A stretch of DNA of 64,000 nucleotides from Candidatus Sulfomarinibacteraceae bacterium (GCA_963796455.1 CAWCLO010000001.1:128001-192000), one strand, 5' to 3'; counted from the stretch's first letter, positions 37,881-49,475 are shown. Translations and numbers: made by a program. The notes: generated by a model from the letters alone, not told the origin.

Positions 37881-38603
37881 TCAATCGAGATGGGCCCGCG
37901 TCTCGGCTTCCGCACCGACGGTTGTCTCGGTCTGAACCCTTTCGATTTCGTCGAGTAGATCCGACGCCGCCAATTGGGCCCATTGCTCTACATCCGCCCA
38001 AAGCGCGGTTTTTGTTCCGTCTTCGGGGGATTCCACGAAATGCATGATTCTCCGGCGCTCGGCCACCCGAGCCTGAATCACTCCGGTTTCGGCGTCGATG
38101 AGATCGAACACGATCGTGCCTGTGGCGACCAGCTGTACGCTGGGGTCGTCGTTTCGGGACTTCTTCAATGCCAGATAAGAAACCATATCGGTGACCCGGG
38201 TGCGTAGAAAAAGCGTATTGGGTCCCGCCTCGCCTGCCACTTCAAATCGTTCACGCCGCTCGAGTTCTGAGATACAGGCATCACCGATGGCCCGCTTGAA
38301 TTTCGCGATGTCTTTGGCCTTTGGTTTCCTGGTGCTGGAGTTTTTCTTGGCGAAGTGGCTGCCGGTCGACGCGACCGATTGACTGCTTTTTGATTCTCGA
38401 AACTCGAGCTCCACAGACATGGGCAACAAACCCTCATATTGGGAGAAGTCGGCATCAGGTCGGATCAAAGTGGTGTGGAAGCGGCCGTCCTGCACAGCCA
38501 GCTCATCGAAACCACTGATCTCGGGTGCATTGTTCTTTTCCTTCGCCCCGATCACTCCCAGACCCATGAACAAAACCAATACGAACGCGAACACTCTTTT
38601 CAC
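37881..38603 (-). CDS. Secreted protein, DUF3313-like
   Basis: Signal peptide, PDADFSQY and FDLIDAETGVIQARVAERR. Confidence 0.6.
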   Translation of the reverse strand: MKRVFAFVLVLFMGLGVIGAKEKNNAPEISGFDELAVQDGRFHTTLIRPDADFSQYEGLLPMSVELEFRESKSSQSVASTGSHFAKKNSSTRKPKAKDIAKFKRAIGDACISELERRERFEVAGEAGPNTLFLRTRVTDMVSYLALKKSRNDDPSVQLVATGTIVFDLIDAETGVIQARVAERRRIMHFVESPEDGTKTALWADVEQWAQLAASDLLDEIERVQTETTVGAEAETRAHLD

Positions 38604-38722
38604 AATGGACCCCCCGAACTCGACTCCGCCGATGCAGAATCTCGCTGTCCACGACAAAAGGTGTACCGCTATTCGAAACCGAAATCAAATTTGCGATTTA
38701 TTCTCGTTTTCAACAAACATTA

Positions 38723-38836
38723 TGCCTGAGCTGCAGCGACAGCGGCCGAAGTAGCCGCCGTAGACGGATCGCTGCCGCTGACTACTGATTGCTGACGCTG
38801 TCTTCTGATCCCCGTCGCTGATCGCTGTCCGAGACT
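38723..38836 (+). repeat. Copy E: miniature internally deleted copy of the CAGCG/CGCTG element
   Basis: TGCCTGAGCTGCAGCGACAGCG matches copy A 443-464; ends in CTGATCGCTGTCCGA like the corresponding end of copy C. Confidence 0.7.
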
Positions 38837-38876
38837 CTTTCTTCGACAAGTCGGAGTTTGAATCAAAAAACAGGCG

Positions 38877-40570
38877 TCAGTTCGTTTCTGTCCCGCCAGA
38901 AGCCAGGGCGTAGACTTCGAAAAGCTTGTGCTCGGTGTGAGATCGTCCGTACTCGTCAGTTGCCCGCACCGAAATGGTGTGCACGCCGGGCTGCAATCCA
39001 TCAGGCAGAGGAGCCTCCCAAAGGTGGGTCGAGGGCTCGGGCCCGGCCCAGGATTTGATGGTCTGGCGTTCGCGCTGGAAGAGTTCTTCGTAGAACGGAT
39101 CGATCCGGATCACCCGCTTCATTTCCATCGCCGGGTTGTCTCCGATCCGGTATTCGACTCGCGACTTCGGACCGCCGTCGAAGAGATTCACCAGGACCCG
39201 TGTCGCGTAGAGCTGCGCCATTTCGAAACGGTTGCCCAGCAATTCGCCGTGCCGATAGTCGCGCCGGGTCTCCAGTCGTTGCCGGGGAAAGCCGGGATCG
39301 AGGGTGATCCGCATCTGGTGGTCGGCCGGTTTGCCGGTCGCCCGGAAGCGAAGCTCGCCCGTTGCCATCCACGTCCATCAGATAGTAACCCCGGGGTGAC
39401 CCGTCCCGCTGCAGGCTGATCGGCACGCCGCGCTCGTCCAGAGGCCCGCTCCACCAGCTCCCACAAACCGCTGAAAGAGTATGGAGGTGAAGCGGGTCGG
39501 GGCCATCAAAACCTTCACCATTGCCAAAGTACTTGTGATCGGCAAGGTGCATATGACCCGCGAGGGCGAAGAGATGTTCGCGTCCTTCGAGGGCTGCGAA
39601 AAAGTTCTCACGATCGGCCACATTGACCCTCGACCCCATCGGGAGCGATCTCCGAATACAACGGAATATGCATTGCCATGAACCATCGAGACGATCCGCC
39701 GGAACCCGCCGAGATCGTTGCCAACCATTGAATTGCCGGTCCCCGATCTCTCCGACATAGGGCCCCGAACCAAGGGGTCCGGGTCATCGGAACCCAGCGA
39801 AGTGCCCTCGTATTTGACGGTGTCCAGCACGACGAAATGCACCTTGCCGTAGTCGAAGGAGTAGTAGGACGGACCGAAGTGGCTGCGAAAAGTGTGCGAG
39901 CGAATCTTCATCGGTGGTGGAAGCAGGTTCATATCGTGGTTACCGGGCACGTGATACCACGGAACCCCGATCTTCGGCGATATTTCGGTGCTTGCCTGGC
40001 ATACAGCGAGAGATCGTCGTAGGCGATGTCGCCGAGAGTGATCCCGAATGCGGCCTCGCTACCGACCAACTCGGCGACCACGTCATCGCGGATGTACTCC
40101 ACCTCGTCCTGTGTTTCTGGTTGGGTATCCGCAAACCAGATCGAGGTGAAGCGATCGGGCTCGGGTTGGTGAGTCAGCGGAAAATCGACGGATTCGGGCA
40201 GTGGGCCTGAAGGCGGCAGACCACGATACCTCGGCCGACGGTCGGCGGGCGCTCCCTCGGGAACGTGATGGTAGAAAAAGCGCGGGAGATTCTCGGCGTT
40301 CGATGACACGGCCCACCCACCCGGTTTGGTGATGAAGAGGGTGTCTCCCGATTCGATGGCGATGCGGTATCTTCCCGCAGCGTCGGTCTCGACGACATCG
40401 AGGCCATTGGATACCGCCACGCCAGCCACACCCGGCTCCGTATCCTGGTGCATTCCATCGCCGTTGCGATCGTCAAAAACCAAACCACCAACTGTCTCCG
40501 CCGCGGCGGCCGGCATCACATTGGGCAGGACTGCGGCCAGACCCAGAACCATCAAAAAACGCGGATTCAC
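38877..40570 (-). pseudogene. Calcineurin-like metallophosphoesterase with N- and C-terminal accessory domains; multiple frameshifts
   Basis: VSNG N-domain, ADTQ, LGDIAYD, PGNHD, YYSFDYG, AGHMH, VCGSWW, DGSPRGY and STHLW are spread over at least 4 frames. May be sequencing error rather than decay. Confidence 0.75.
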
Positions 40571-40709
40571 AATCACCCTCCCTCGCACGGTCGGCGAAAA
40601 AATCACCTCGCCGCCTGGGTGATTTCACCACAGTTTTCGGGCTTGCGCAGGAATCCGCCGCCACCCCGGCGAGGTGGTACTCTCGGCAGCACGTCATTTG
40701 GAGGGATTC

Positions 40710-42601
40710 ATGAAACGTCATCTGCTCTTGTTTGTCACGATCCTGGCGACCCTGCCCATGGTGGTGTCGGCCCAGAGGGCCGAACAATCCCGCTCCGAGT
40801 ATGTGCGCGAAAATTTCACCAAATACGAACACCGCATCGAGATGCGGGATGGCACCCATCTCTTCACGGCGGTCTATGTGCCGAAGATCTGTGAGGAGCC
40901 GCGTCCGATCCTCCTCAAACGAACCCCGTATTCAGTGTCGCCCTATGGCGCGGATCAATATCCGAGATCGCTCGGCCCCTCCGAACACCTGATGAAAAAG
41001 GGGTTTATCTTTGCCAACCAGGATGTCCGGGGCCGCTACATGTCAGACGGAACCTGGATCGAGGTTCGTCCGATCGACCCCGACAAGGGCACCGGAGACA
41101 CGGATGAAAGCACCGACACGTGGGATACCATCGAGTGGTTGGTGAACAACGTGCCGTGCAACAACGGCAGGGTCGGCATGTACGGCGTTTCTTATCCCGG
41201 TTTTTACGCATCCGCCGGAATGATCGACGCCCACCCCGCTCTCAAGGCGGTGTCGCCGCAGGCGCCGGTGACCGATTATTTCCTCGGCGACGACTCGTTT
41301 CACAACGGCGCCTTCATGCTGGCCGCCAACTACCGCTTCTACTCCTTCTTCAAACCGCGTCCGGGCCCACCCGAAAAACCGCCCAAGGACCGCCCATCCG
41401 TCGATTTCGGCACCGAGGACGGTTACAAGTTCTTCTTGGAGTTGGGCCCGCTTTGGGAAGGCGCCGAAGCAAGCGGTCACAACGAGAACCCCCATTGGCG
41501 GATCAATCTCGAGCACACGACCTACGACGACTTCTGGCAGGCCCGATCTCTGTGGCGGCACTTCAAGAACATCACACCGGCGGTGCTGACCGTCGGCGGT
41601 TGGTATGACGCCGAGGACCCCTTCGGTCCGCTGATCACCTACAAGACCATCAAGAAGGAAAGCGCCCAGACAACCAACCATCTGGTCATGGGCCCCTGGA
41701 CCCACGGCGGATGGGGCTGGGGCGAAGGCCGGAGCGTCGGCAACGTGGACTTCGGCCAGCCGACCGGGGAATACTACCGGGAGAAGATCGAGCTTCCGTT
41801 TTTCGTCAATCATCTGACCGAGGAAGAAGCTCCGCAGCTGGCAGAGGCCGTCATCTTCGAAGCCGGCACCAACCGCTGGCGGGAGTTCGACACCTGGCCG
41901 CCGGAGAACGTCGAGCCACGCACCATCTACCTCGCCGCGGACGGCACGCTGACTTCGCAAATGCCGACCGAAAACGAAGCTTTTGACGAGTACATCAGCG
42001 ATCCCAACCGGCCGGTGCCCTATGTCGGCTACATCCAGATGGGCATGCAGCGCGACTACATGACCGAGGACCAGCGCTTCGCCGCCCTGCGAACCGACGT
42101 TCTGGTCTATCAGACGCCCGTCCTCGACAGGGACCTCACGGTGCTCGGACCCATCACAGTGAATCTGCACGTCTCCACAACCGGCACGGACTCCGATTTC
42201 GTGGTCAAGGTGATCGACGTCTATCCCGATGACTACCCCACTCCGAAATGGGAGGGCGAGGGTCGCCCCCGGCCAATTACGTGAGGATGAGCGGTTATCA
42301 GCGACTCGTACGAGGCGAACCGTTCCGCGGTAAATACCGGAACAGCCTCTCGGAGCCCGAGCCATTCGAACCTGGAAAGCCCGAAGTGATCTCCTTCGAG
42401 TTACCCGACGTGGCGCACACCTTCCGCAGCGGCCACCGGCTGATGGTCCAGATCCAGAGCTCGTGGTTCCCGCTCACGGACCGCAATCCGCAGACTTTCA
42501 CGGACATCCCACACGCCAAGGAGGAGGAATTTCAGAAGGCCACGCAGAGGGTCTACCGGTCGGCCGACCGGCCATCGTCGATCACGGTCCTGGTGGATTG
42601 A
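40710..42601 (+). CDS. CocE/NonD family hydrolase (S15, alpha-amino acid ester hydrolase-like), secreted; frameshifted at C5 run 42266-42270
   Basis: RTPY, QDVRGR, GVSYPG, GGWYDAED and GPWTHG; C-terminal HRLMVQIQSSWFP is in the next frame. Confidence 0.88.
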
Positions 42602-43638
42602 GGCCGGGATTCACCACCCTCCGCCCACGGTGACCGAGAAAAAAGGAACCCACCCAACACCCGGGAGCCATTCTCGTTCATATGCACGGGATCGCCATAA
42701 ACCTCGTCGATGGTGAGACCACGGTCGACAAGGTGAGTGCGGAAGTCGAAGGCTTCGATGCCGCGCCGCCGGAGAGTTTCCTCCCACCATTCCGCTTTTT
42801 CCGGTGGGCCGTAGATCTCGTCGCGGTGGGGAATCACGATCGCTGAAAACCGAACGCCGCGAGACACAGTCAGATCCCGCAGCCGCGCCACGACAGCGTC
42901 GGCCACCGCCTCGACCTCCTCATCATCCAGACACCGGTCGCCGATGGCGCGCGGTAGCCATCCGGACCCGGGCGCAAGGTCATGGATTTTCCAGATCCAA
43001 GGTCCAAGAGGGCTGGTTTCGAGGTGGTTGCGGGCGCAGTTGGGGGCAATCGGAACCGAGGTGAGGGAAAGGGAATTGCCGTTCATTTCAAAGAGCGGCT
43101 TTTTCTTACCCTCCGCGAAATTGCAGCGGCAGTTGCCGAGATCGTTGTCCGAGCACACGACAAAGATGACCCAGCGAAGATCCGGGAGACGATCGATCTC
43201 GTGTTGGAGTCGCAGCAGGGTCTGGTCGGGCCCGTAGCCGGCCACCCCGAGATTCTGCACCTGGACACCGAAGGGTGCGACCAGAGCGCCGAGTGCGGCG
43301 GAGGGCGTCCGGTCATTGGCCAGACCGATGCCGAAGACCACCGAATCGCCGATCATGGCGATGGTCGGCACATTCGGCCGGATTTCGGGGGAACGAAAGC
43401 CCGCCGTGTTGAAGCGGATGCCCCCGTGATCCGGCGTGAAATAGTCGGGTATGGGCGCCCACCCGAGCCCGCTGTCGAATTGAATCCCCGCCGCGCCGGG
43501 GTGTGGGCCCCAATTTTTGAGGCGGATCCAATGAACGCCCTCCACCAGGGCGATCACGAGAATCGCTGTCGCAAGACCGGATATCAGAGCCAGTACCCAC
43601 AACCGCAACAGACGACGGAAGCTTCGATTCATCACCAC
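42553..43638 (-). CDS. SGNH/GDSL hydrolase family protein, membrane-anchored
   Basis: IGDSVVFG, NLGVAGYG, DND and DPVH blocks; N-terminal TM helix. Confidence 0.8.
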   Translation of the reverse strand: MVMNRSFRRLLRLWVLALISGLATAILVIALVEGVHWIRLKNWGPHPGAAGIQFDSGLGWAPIPDYFTPDHGGIRFNTAGFRSPEIRPNVPTIAMIGDSVVFGIGLANDRTPSAALGALVAPFGVQVQNLGVAGYGPDQTLLRLQHEIDRLPDLRWVIFVVCSDNDLGNCRCNFAEGKKKPLFEMNGNSLSLTSVPIAPNCARNHLETSPLGPWIWKIHDLAPGSGWLPRAIGDRCLDDEEVEAVADAVVARLRDLTVSRGVRFSAIVIPHRDEIYGPPEKAEWWEETLRRRGIEAFDFRTHLVDRGLTIDEVYGDPVHMNENGSRVLGGFLFSRSPWAEGGESRPQSTRTVIDDGRSADR

Positions 43639-43663
43639 ACTGTCTCAATTATATAAAACGCGA

Positions 43664-44995
43664 CTACTCGGCCCGGAAGAGCTGCCACTGATCGCTGACA
43701 CCCTTCAATTGGTGCGTGCCGTGATCGACAAAGGTCAGCCCCGACCCGGCGACAAGATCCTTGACGGTCCTCGACACCAACACCTGGCCGGCCTCCGCGA
43801 GACCGGCCACCCGAGCGCCGATATGGACGGCGATTCCCGCCAGCTTTTCACCGGACCGTTCACACTCGCCGGTGTGAATCCCGGCGCGGATTTCGATCCC
43901 GAGCGGGCGCAGGGAGTCTCGGATCGCCTTGGCGCATCGCACCCCCTTTGCGGGGCCCTCGAAGGACGCCAGAAATCCATCCCCGGCAGTATCGATCTCA
44001 TGGCCCTGGAAGTGGGCCAGCTCGCGTCGAACCACGACATGGTGGCGCTCGAGCAACTCCCGCCACGCCGAGTCACCGAGTCGCTCCGCCTGGGCGGTGG
44101 CACCGACGATATCGGTGAAGAGGACCGTTGCCAGCACCCGTTCTGCTTCGGGTTGCACTCTGCTCCCGGTCAGGAATTCCTCCACCGGGCCCAGCATCGC
44201 CTCGATATCTCCCGAATGAAAGAAATGATCCTCACCGGGGAGCTCGACGTAGTGCGAACCCTCGATGTGGTCGGCCAGGTAGCGGCCGTTGCCAACCACC
44301 ACATAGCGGTTGCCGGCGCGATGGAGCACCAGGGTCGGCACACGTATGGTGGGGAGCACCCACCGGAAGTCACGGTTATAGGTCAGCGGATAAACTCGGT
44401 TGAATTGTCCCGGGCTCATGGCCAGTCTTTCAAAACGTCCCCGCCACTTGATGAATGCGGGATCTACCGCCAACGTCGGGGCACCGACCGTCGATGTTCC
44501 GCCGGTTCCCCACGCGCCCAGAATCCCCTCGATCAAATGCGGGACCACCGATTCCGGAACTCCACAGGGATAGTCATCAGCCTGGATACGTCTGGCGTAG
44601 GCGTCGGCGAGGACGAGTGCCGTGACCCTGTCCGGATGGGTGGCAGCGAAGAGCATGGCCATGGAAGCACCATCCCCATGCCCGAAAATCACCGCCTGCC
44701 GGCTGTCTGCCGCATCCATGACGGTGCCGACGTCATACATCCACTCTTCCCAGGTTGGAATCGCGCCCAATGGCACAGGGTCGGAGAGACCGGTGCCGCG
44801 TTTGTCAAAGCAGATCACCCGTGCGAAACGAGCCAGACGCTCGATGAAAGCGGCCAGGCTCGGGTCCTCCCACATGATGTCGAGGTTGCCGACCCAATCC
44901 GGCACGAAGACGAGATCCAATGGACCGTCACCGCAGATCTGGTAGGCCACCGACTCACCATCGGGGTTGGACGCGTATCTGATTTCACTTCTCAT
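43664..44995 (-). CDS. Alpha/beta hydrolase fused to class III adenylate/guanylate cyclase (LipJ-like)
   Basis: FDKRGTGLSD N-domain; LFTDIVGAT, TAGDG, RAGIHTGE and GIAVHIGARV cyclase motifs. Confidence 0.9.
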   Translation of the reverse strand: MRSEIRYASNPDGESVAYQICGDGPLDLVFVPDWVGNLDIMWEDPSLAAFIERLARFARVICFDKRGTGLSDPVPLGAIPTWEEWMYDVGTVMDAADSRQAVIFGHGDGASMAMLFAATHPDRVTALVLADAYARRIQADDYPCGVPESVVPHLIEGILGAWGTGGTSTVGAPTLAVDPAFIKWRGRFERLAMSPGQFNRVYPLTYNRDFRWVLPTIRVPTLVLHRAGNRYVVVGNGRYLADHIEGSHYVELPGEDHFFHSGDIEAMLGPVEEFLTGSRVQPEAERVLATVLFTDIVGATAQAERLGDSAWRELLERHHVVVRRELAHFQGHEIDTAGDGFLASFEGPAKGVRCAKAIRDSLRPLGIEIRAGIHTGECERSGEKLAGIAVHIGARVAGLAEAGQVLVSRTVKDLVAGSGLTFVDHGTHQLKGVSDQWQLFRAE

Positions 44996-45086
44996 GATGA
45001 GAAACGAGTATATATGGGCGGAGAGCCAGATCTGCCCCGCCTTGCCGTTGGCCGCGATATAGAGCCTGATACCTTAAGCTGCAACG

Positions 45087-46883
45087 ATGTGTGGAGTTGC
45101 CGGCATTGCCGGAGAATTGGCGGAGTGTGGGCTCGTGAAGGAAATGAGCTCGCGGCTCGTGCATCGAGGCCCCGACGATTCCGGGATTTTCGAAGACGAG
45201 GGCGTCTGCCTTGGTCATCGCAGGTTGTCGATCCTCGACCTCTCGTCGGCAGGACACCAACCGATGACCCTCGGGCCGTACACCCTGGTCTACAACGGCG
45301 AGCTCTACAATTTTCACGATCTCCGAAAAACTCTCCCCGGCCCGTTCCATTCCAACAGCGACACTGAGGTCCTGCTCCATCTCTGGGCTCGTGACGGCAA
45401 GGCGTGTCTCGATCGACTGGTCGGCATGTTCGCTTTTGCGATCTGGGACCGCGACGCCCGCGAGCTGACGCTGGTTCGCGATCGTCTGGGCATCAAGCCG
45501 TTGCTCTATCGACAGGTGGAGGGATCCATCGCTTTCGCGTCGCAACTGAGAGCGCTGGTCGACCTCGACGGAAGATTCGATCACCCGTCAATCGATCCCA
45601 CCTCGGTCAGGGACTTCTTTTCCTACAAGTACATTCCCACACCGAAGACCATCTACCGCGGCGTGTACAAGCTCCCACCCGCCCACCTGCTGAGCTATCG
45701 TCTCGACGACAAAAACCTCGTATTCGAGCGCTACTGGCAACCTGAAAGCCACCAAGACGTCGTTGACATCGACCGGGCATCGCAGGAGTTCGAGCAACTT
45801 CTGACCGGCGTCGTGTCGCAACACACATTGTCGGACGCACCGGTGGGCGTCTTCCTGAGCGGCGGCCTCGATTCGACCAGCCTGACCGCCAATCTGGCCA
45901 GCAACGGAGAGCTCGTCACACCCAGCACCTTCACTCTCGGATTCGATGTCGCCTCACACGACGAAGCGGAGGCCGCCCGTGAGATCGCGCGACACCTCGG
46001 GTGCCGTCATCACGAGGAGCGCGCAACAGGGTTCGAACTCGACTCCACGCTCGACCGATACCTCGATGTCTTCGACGAGCCCTTCGGCGACCACGGGGCG
46101 TGGCCGATGGTGATGGTCTCCGAACTCGCCCAACGGCAGGTCAAGGTGGCCCTCTCGGGAGAAGGTGGCGACGAATTGTTTGCCGGCTACCAGTGGTATG
46201 ACAAAGTGCCACGCTTCAGATCCAATTGGTGGCAGAAAACACTCGCCGGAACCCTCCCGCCATTGTGGGCCGCAAGCCGCTCCGCGCAGCGGCGAGCCGC
46301 TACGGGTCTCGATCGCTACGCCATGTTCATGGGCCCTTTCACCCCGGCTCAGAAACGGTTCATGATCGCACCGGAACTGATGTCCGATGCTTACGACGAC
46401 CTCTGGTACTTTCGCAAATACTGGAGGGAGGACCTGTCACCCATCAAGGCGATGCAGTGGGTGGATGTTCACACCTATCTGCTCGACGATATGCTCACCA
46501 AAGTCGACCATGCCAGCATGTCGGTCTCCCTCGAGGCGCGCCCACCATTTGTCGATCATCGGATGGTCGAGTTCGCTCTTTCACTCCACCCCGATCTCCT
46601 GCGGCGCGGTGGCCTCGGCAAGATCCTCACCCGGCGATACCTCGAAGGAAAGGTCCCGAAAGACGTTCTGAACCGTCGCAAGATCGGCTTCTCGATGCCC
46701 GCCCGAAGATGGGTTTTGCGAGAGCCTACCCGAATGAAGAGGACCTGCAACCGCCTTTTTCACGCCGGCGTGCTCGCGAGGAAGACACCTGGGACCATCC
46801 GCCGAATGCCCTTCAACAACGAACAAACCTGGAGTCTCATGGTGCTCGATCGCTGGCTGCAAAGGAATGGCGTGAGCCTTTAG
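45087..46883 (+). CDS. asnB: Asparagine synthase (glutamine-hydrolysing) family amidotransferase
   Basis: MCG N-terminal nucleophile, HRGPD, RDRLGIKPL, LSGGLDS and LSGEGGDELFAGY. Confidence 0.92.
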   Translation: MCGVAGIAGELAECGLVKEMSSRLVHRGPDDSGIFEDEGVCLGHRRLSILDLSSAGHQPMTLGPYTLVYNGELYNFHDLRKTLPGPFHSNSDTEVLLHLWARDGKACLDRLVGMFAFAIWDRDARELTLVRDRLGIKPLLYRQVEGSIAFASQLRALVDLDGRFDHPSIDPTSVRDFFSYKYIPTPKTIYRGVYKLPPAHLLSYRLDDKNLVFERYWQPESHQDVVDIDRASQEFEQLLTGVVSQHTLSDAPVGVFLSGGLDSTSLTANLASNGELVTPSTFTLGFDVASHDEAEAAREIARHLGCRHHEERATGFELDSTLDRYLDVFDEPFGDHGAWPMVMVSELAQRQVKVALSGEGGDELFAGYQWYDKVPRFRSNWWQKTLAGTLPPLWAASRSAQRRAATGLDRYAMFMGPFTPAQKRFMIAPELMSDAYDDLWYFRKYWREDLSPIKAMQWVDVHTYLLDDMLTKVDHASMSVSLEARPPFVDHRMVEFALSLHPDLLRRGGLGKILTRRYLEGKVPKDVLNRRKIGFSMPARRWVLREPTRMKRTCNRLFHAGVLARKTPGTIRRMPFNNEQTWSLMVLDRWLQRNGVSL

Positions 46884-46915
46884 GTGACGGTAATCCCCTG
46901 CTTGAGGCATGGGGT

Positions 46916-48259
46916 TCAGAACGCGTGGCCTGCCATGACCCACAATCCGACGCCTTCAGCGGAGACGCCCAAATCGAGACGGATCACGATTCGCCGGAGG
47001 AGGGTCCGCATGCCGATTCCCACATCCCATTTCAGATCCCGGTGGAGCTCACTGAGCGACCAGGTGGGCGAGACCCGTCCCACCTCGGCGAAGGCCACGA
47101 GTTGCCACCAGTCGAATCGATAGCGGCCGATCTGATCCAATTTGTTCATCGGTGATCGCTTCGGGATGAATCGAAACTCGGCGCTGGAGTAGATCGCCGC
47201 CTTGTCGTGGAAGCGGTGAATTCGATAACCCCTCATGCGATACAGACCGCCGAGGCGTGCTCCCTCGAAATAGGGTGGGGCGCCGGAAACCGAGGGGGAC
47301 CCCTCTCCGTCTTCGGTGGATTTCCAGGTCGGCGTATCGATCGCCCAGATCGTGAAGGCGAGCACCCGTTGCTTGGTTCGTTTTCCCGCGCCCAGTTTGA
47401 TGAATTTCGAATACTCACCCTCGATGGTCGTCCATTTGTCCGAGTTGCCGTACCAACCGAAATCTCGGCGAATGTTGACGATTTTACGGCTGCCTTGGGA
47501 GGGGTTGAGGAGGAAGTCGGTGTTGTCGTGCTCGAGAGTCAGCGAGAGACCGCTGGTCGTATAGGGCCGTTCCCCGTATTCACCATTCAGGGTCTGATCC
47601 CGAAGGAAGATATCGAGGCCGATGTAACTGCGGCCGCTTTTAAGGGGGCTCCAATTCCAGCCACCCGTGGCACCGGATTCCAGGAGACCGTCTTCGACCA
47701 CGAATGTATTGATGATCGGGTCGCGACCGCCACCCATTGGCAGCAGGTAACGGAAATCGAGGTAGGCGAACCCGTCACGCGCCGGAGTCACGATGAAATT
47801 TTCTTTTGAGGAGTCGTTGTTGCCGGCCCTCTCGTCGACGTAGTCAGGATTCCCGGGGACGTAGGATCTGAGTCCGGAATATCTCACGTAGGCGATGGTG
47901 GTATCGAGGAACAGGCGCTTGATCGGTCGGATCTGCAGGTTGCTGGTCTTGCCGAAAACTCCGAAGGTGGCATTCGTGCTCCCGAGAGCGGAGCCCGCCA
48001 GGCTGAGTTGAGGCTGCCCATGGCCGATGGACGCAAAACCGAGCCCGGCAGCAAGCTCGAATGTGTCGGTGTAGAACACGTAGGGTAGTGCGGCAAAGAC
48101 CTTCGCGGGTTCTTTGTCGAGGTGACCCGCCTGTCGGACAATGCCCTGAGCGCCTGCTCGATGGACAAAGGAGAGCATCAGCAGGACGGCAGCAACCAGG
48201 ATTCGACGATTGAGTGTCGGGCCACAGGCGGTGCCGGTACCGACGCGGCGATCCATCAT
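46916..48259 (-). CDS. BamA/TamA (Omp85)-like outer-membrane beta-barrel protein
   Basis: LGGLYRMRGY (VRGF/Y-like motif), DVGIGMR and C-terminal Phe. Start uncertain. Confidence 0.75.
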   Translation of the reverse strand: MMDRRVGTGTACGPTLNRRILVAAVLLMLSFVHRAGAQGIVRQAGHLDKEPAKVFAALPYVFYTDTFELAAGLGFASIGHGQPQLSLAGSALGSTNATFGVFGKTSNLQIRPIKRLFLDTTIAYVRYSGLRSYVPGNPDYVDERAGNNDSSKENFIVTPARDGFAYLDFRYLLPMGGGRDPIINTFVVEDGLLESGATGGWNWSPLKSGRSYIGLDIFLRDQTLNGEYGERPYTTSGLSLTLEHDNTDFLLNPSQGSRKIVNIRRDFGWYGNSDKWTTIEGEYSKFIKLGAGKRTKQRVLAFTIWAIDTPTWKSTEDGEGSPSVSGAPPYFEGARLGGLYRMRGYRIHRFHDKAAIYSSAEFRFIPKRSPMNKLDQIGRYRFDWWQLVAFAEVGRVSPTWSLSELHRDLKWDVGIGMRTLLRRIVIRLDLGVSAEGVGLWVMAGHAF

Positions 48260-48462
48260 TTGATACGCACGCCTACCCACCGATCGGATCTCTGGACGAA
48301 ACCGTCCGAAACACGGCACTCTCCCCCTCAATGGGCTCACCGATATCCATTGTCAAATCGAGACAATCTCATCAACAATCGAGAATTGTGAAAACCCCCT
48401 CCGGTGACGATGATAACCCGGCAGGGAGCCGCTTCACTCGAAAATCAAAGTCACGAAGCGGA

Positions 48463-49290
48463 TCAGGCGAAATCGATCAGCACAATCCGGTGGCGGCTGA
48501 CAAACCCGGCCTTGGCAATGGCTTTCCGGCTGCCGATATTTTCCGCCTCGCAGGAACAGATCGGCTTGGCGTCCTGCTCGTAACAGAACTCCTTCGCTCG
48601 AGCGAGGATGTAATTCCCCACACCCTTGCGGCGGTGTTCCGCGGCCACGATCATGCCCAGGTCGGCATGGGGTTTTTGAGTCTGGCTGATCCTGCACTCG
48701 CTGGTCGCAATCAGATCTGCGCCATCGCGCAAAACGAAGATGCTGTGATCCCCCATCGTCGAACGGATATAGCCCTTGATGTCCTCGAAACCCGCTTCGA
48801 TGCTCTCGGTGTCCATGGACCCACTGGCCGCACAATAGTGTTTGAAGACATCGGTGAAGTCATCCTCGGTGGCGAGATCAAAGGAGAGCTGCGCAAAGCC
48901 ATCGAGTTCGGGCGACACCTTGTGATTGTCTTCGAACAAGAGCGTATGGACACGACAGCCCACCGCAATGTCCAAACAAAGGCTGAGGAAGAAGGGATCG
49001 TTGGTGCCTGCCAAAGCAACCGCAACGCCATGTTCGGCGACAACAAAGTCCAGGGCAGGCCTACCCATGGCGACAAAATCCCGGGTCAGGAAAAACGCCA
49101 CCAGTTGCTTGTCGTTATTCAGACAATAGAACCCGGCCCGGTCACCATCGACTTGGAGCTCATAGTGATCGGAGAGTCCGATCAACGCACCTTCCCAATA
49201 GGCATCGAGTGGCGCCGAGAGGGTTTGCAGGTATTCGGTCTTCAGTTCAGCCAGTTCACCGGAATTTTTTCGCAAGATCCCATTCAACAT
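48463..49290 (-). CDS. GNAT family N-acetyltransferase
   Basis: VAAEHRRKGVG and ENIGSRKAIAKAGF motifs. Confidence 0.85.
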   Translation of the reverse strand: MLNGILRKNSGELAELKTEYLQTLSAPLDAYWEGALIGLSDHYELQVDGDRAGFYCLNNDKQLVAFFLTRDFVAMGRPALDFVVAEHGVAVALAGTNDPFFLSLCLDIAVGCRVHTLLFEDNHKVSPELDGFAQLSFDLATEDDFTDVFKHYCAASGSMDTESIEAGFEDIKGYIRSTMGDHSIFVLRDGADLIATSECRISQTQKPHADLGMIVAAEHRRKGVGNYILARAKEFCYEQDAKPICSCEAENIGSRKAIAKAGFVSRHRIVLIDFA

Positions 49291-49475
49291 TCGAGCTCTC
49301 TTTCATTTGTTCCGCACGATCTCGTCATCGTGAGGCACATCGACTTCGATCCGACCGCACCGGGGTGATCCTTCCGACCACCTGTCCGGCAAAGGGTGTA
49401 CCAGCGATCGTTATCGGTCAAGGCGGTTGTAGTAGAGTTTTCGGGCGCCGAAATGAGACGCTCTTGGAGGGGACA

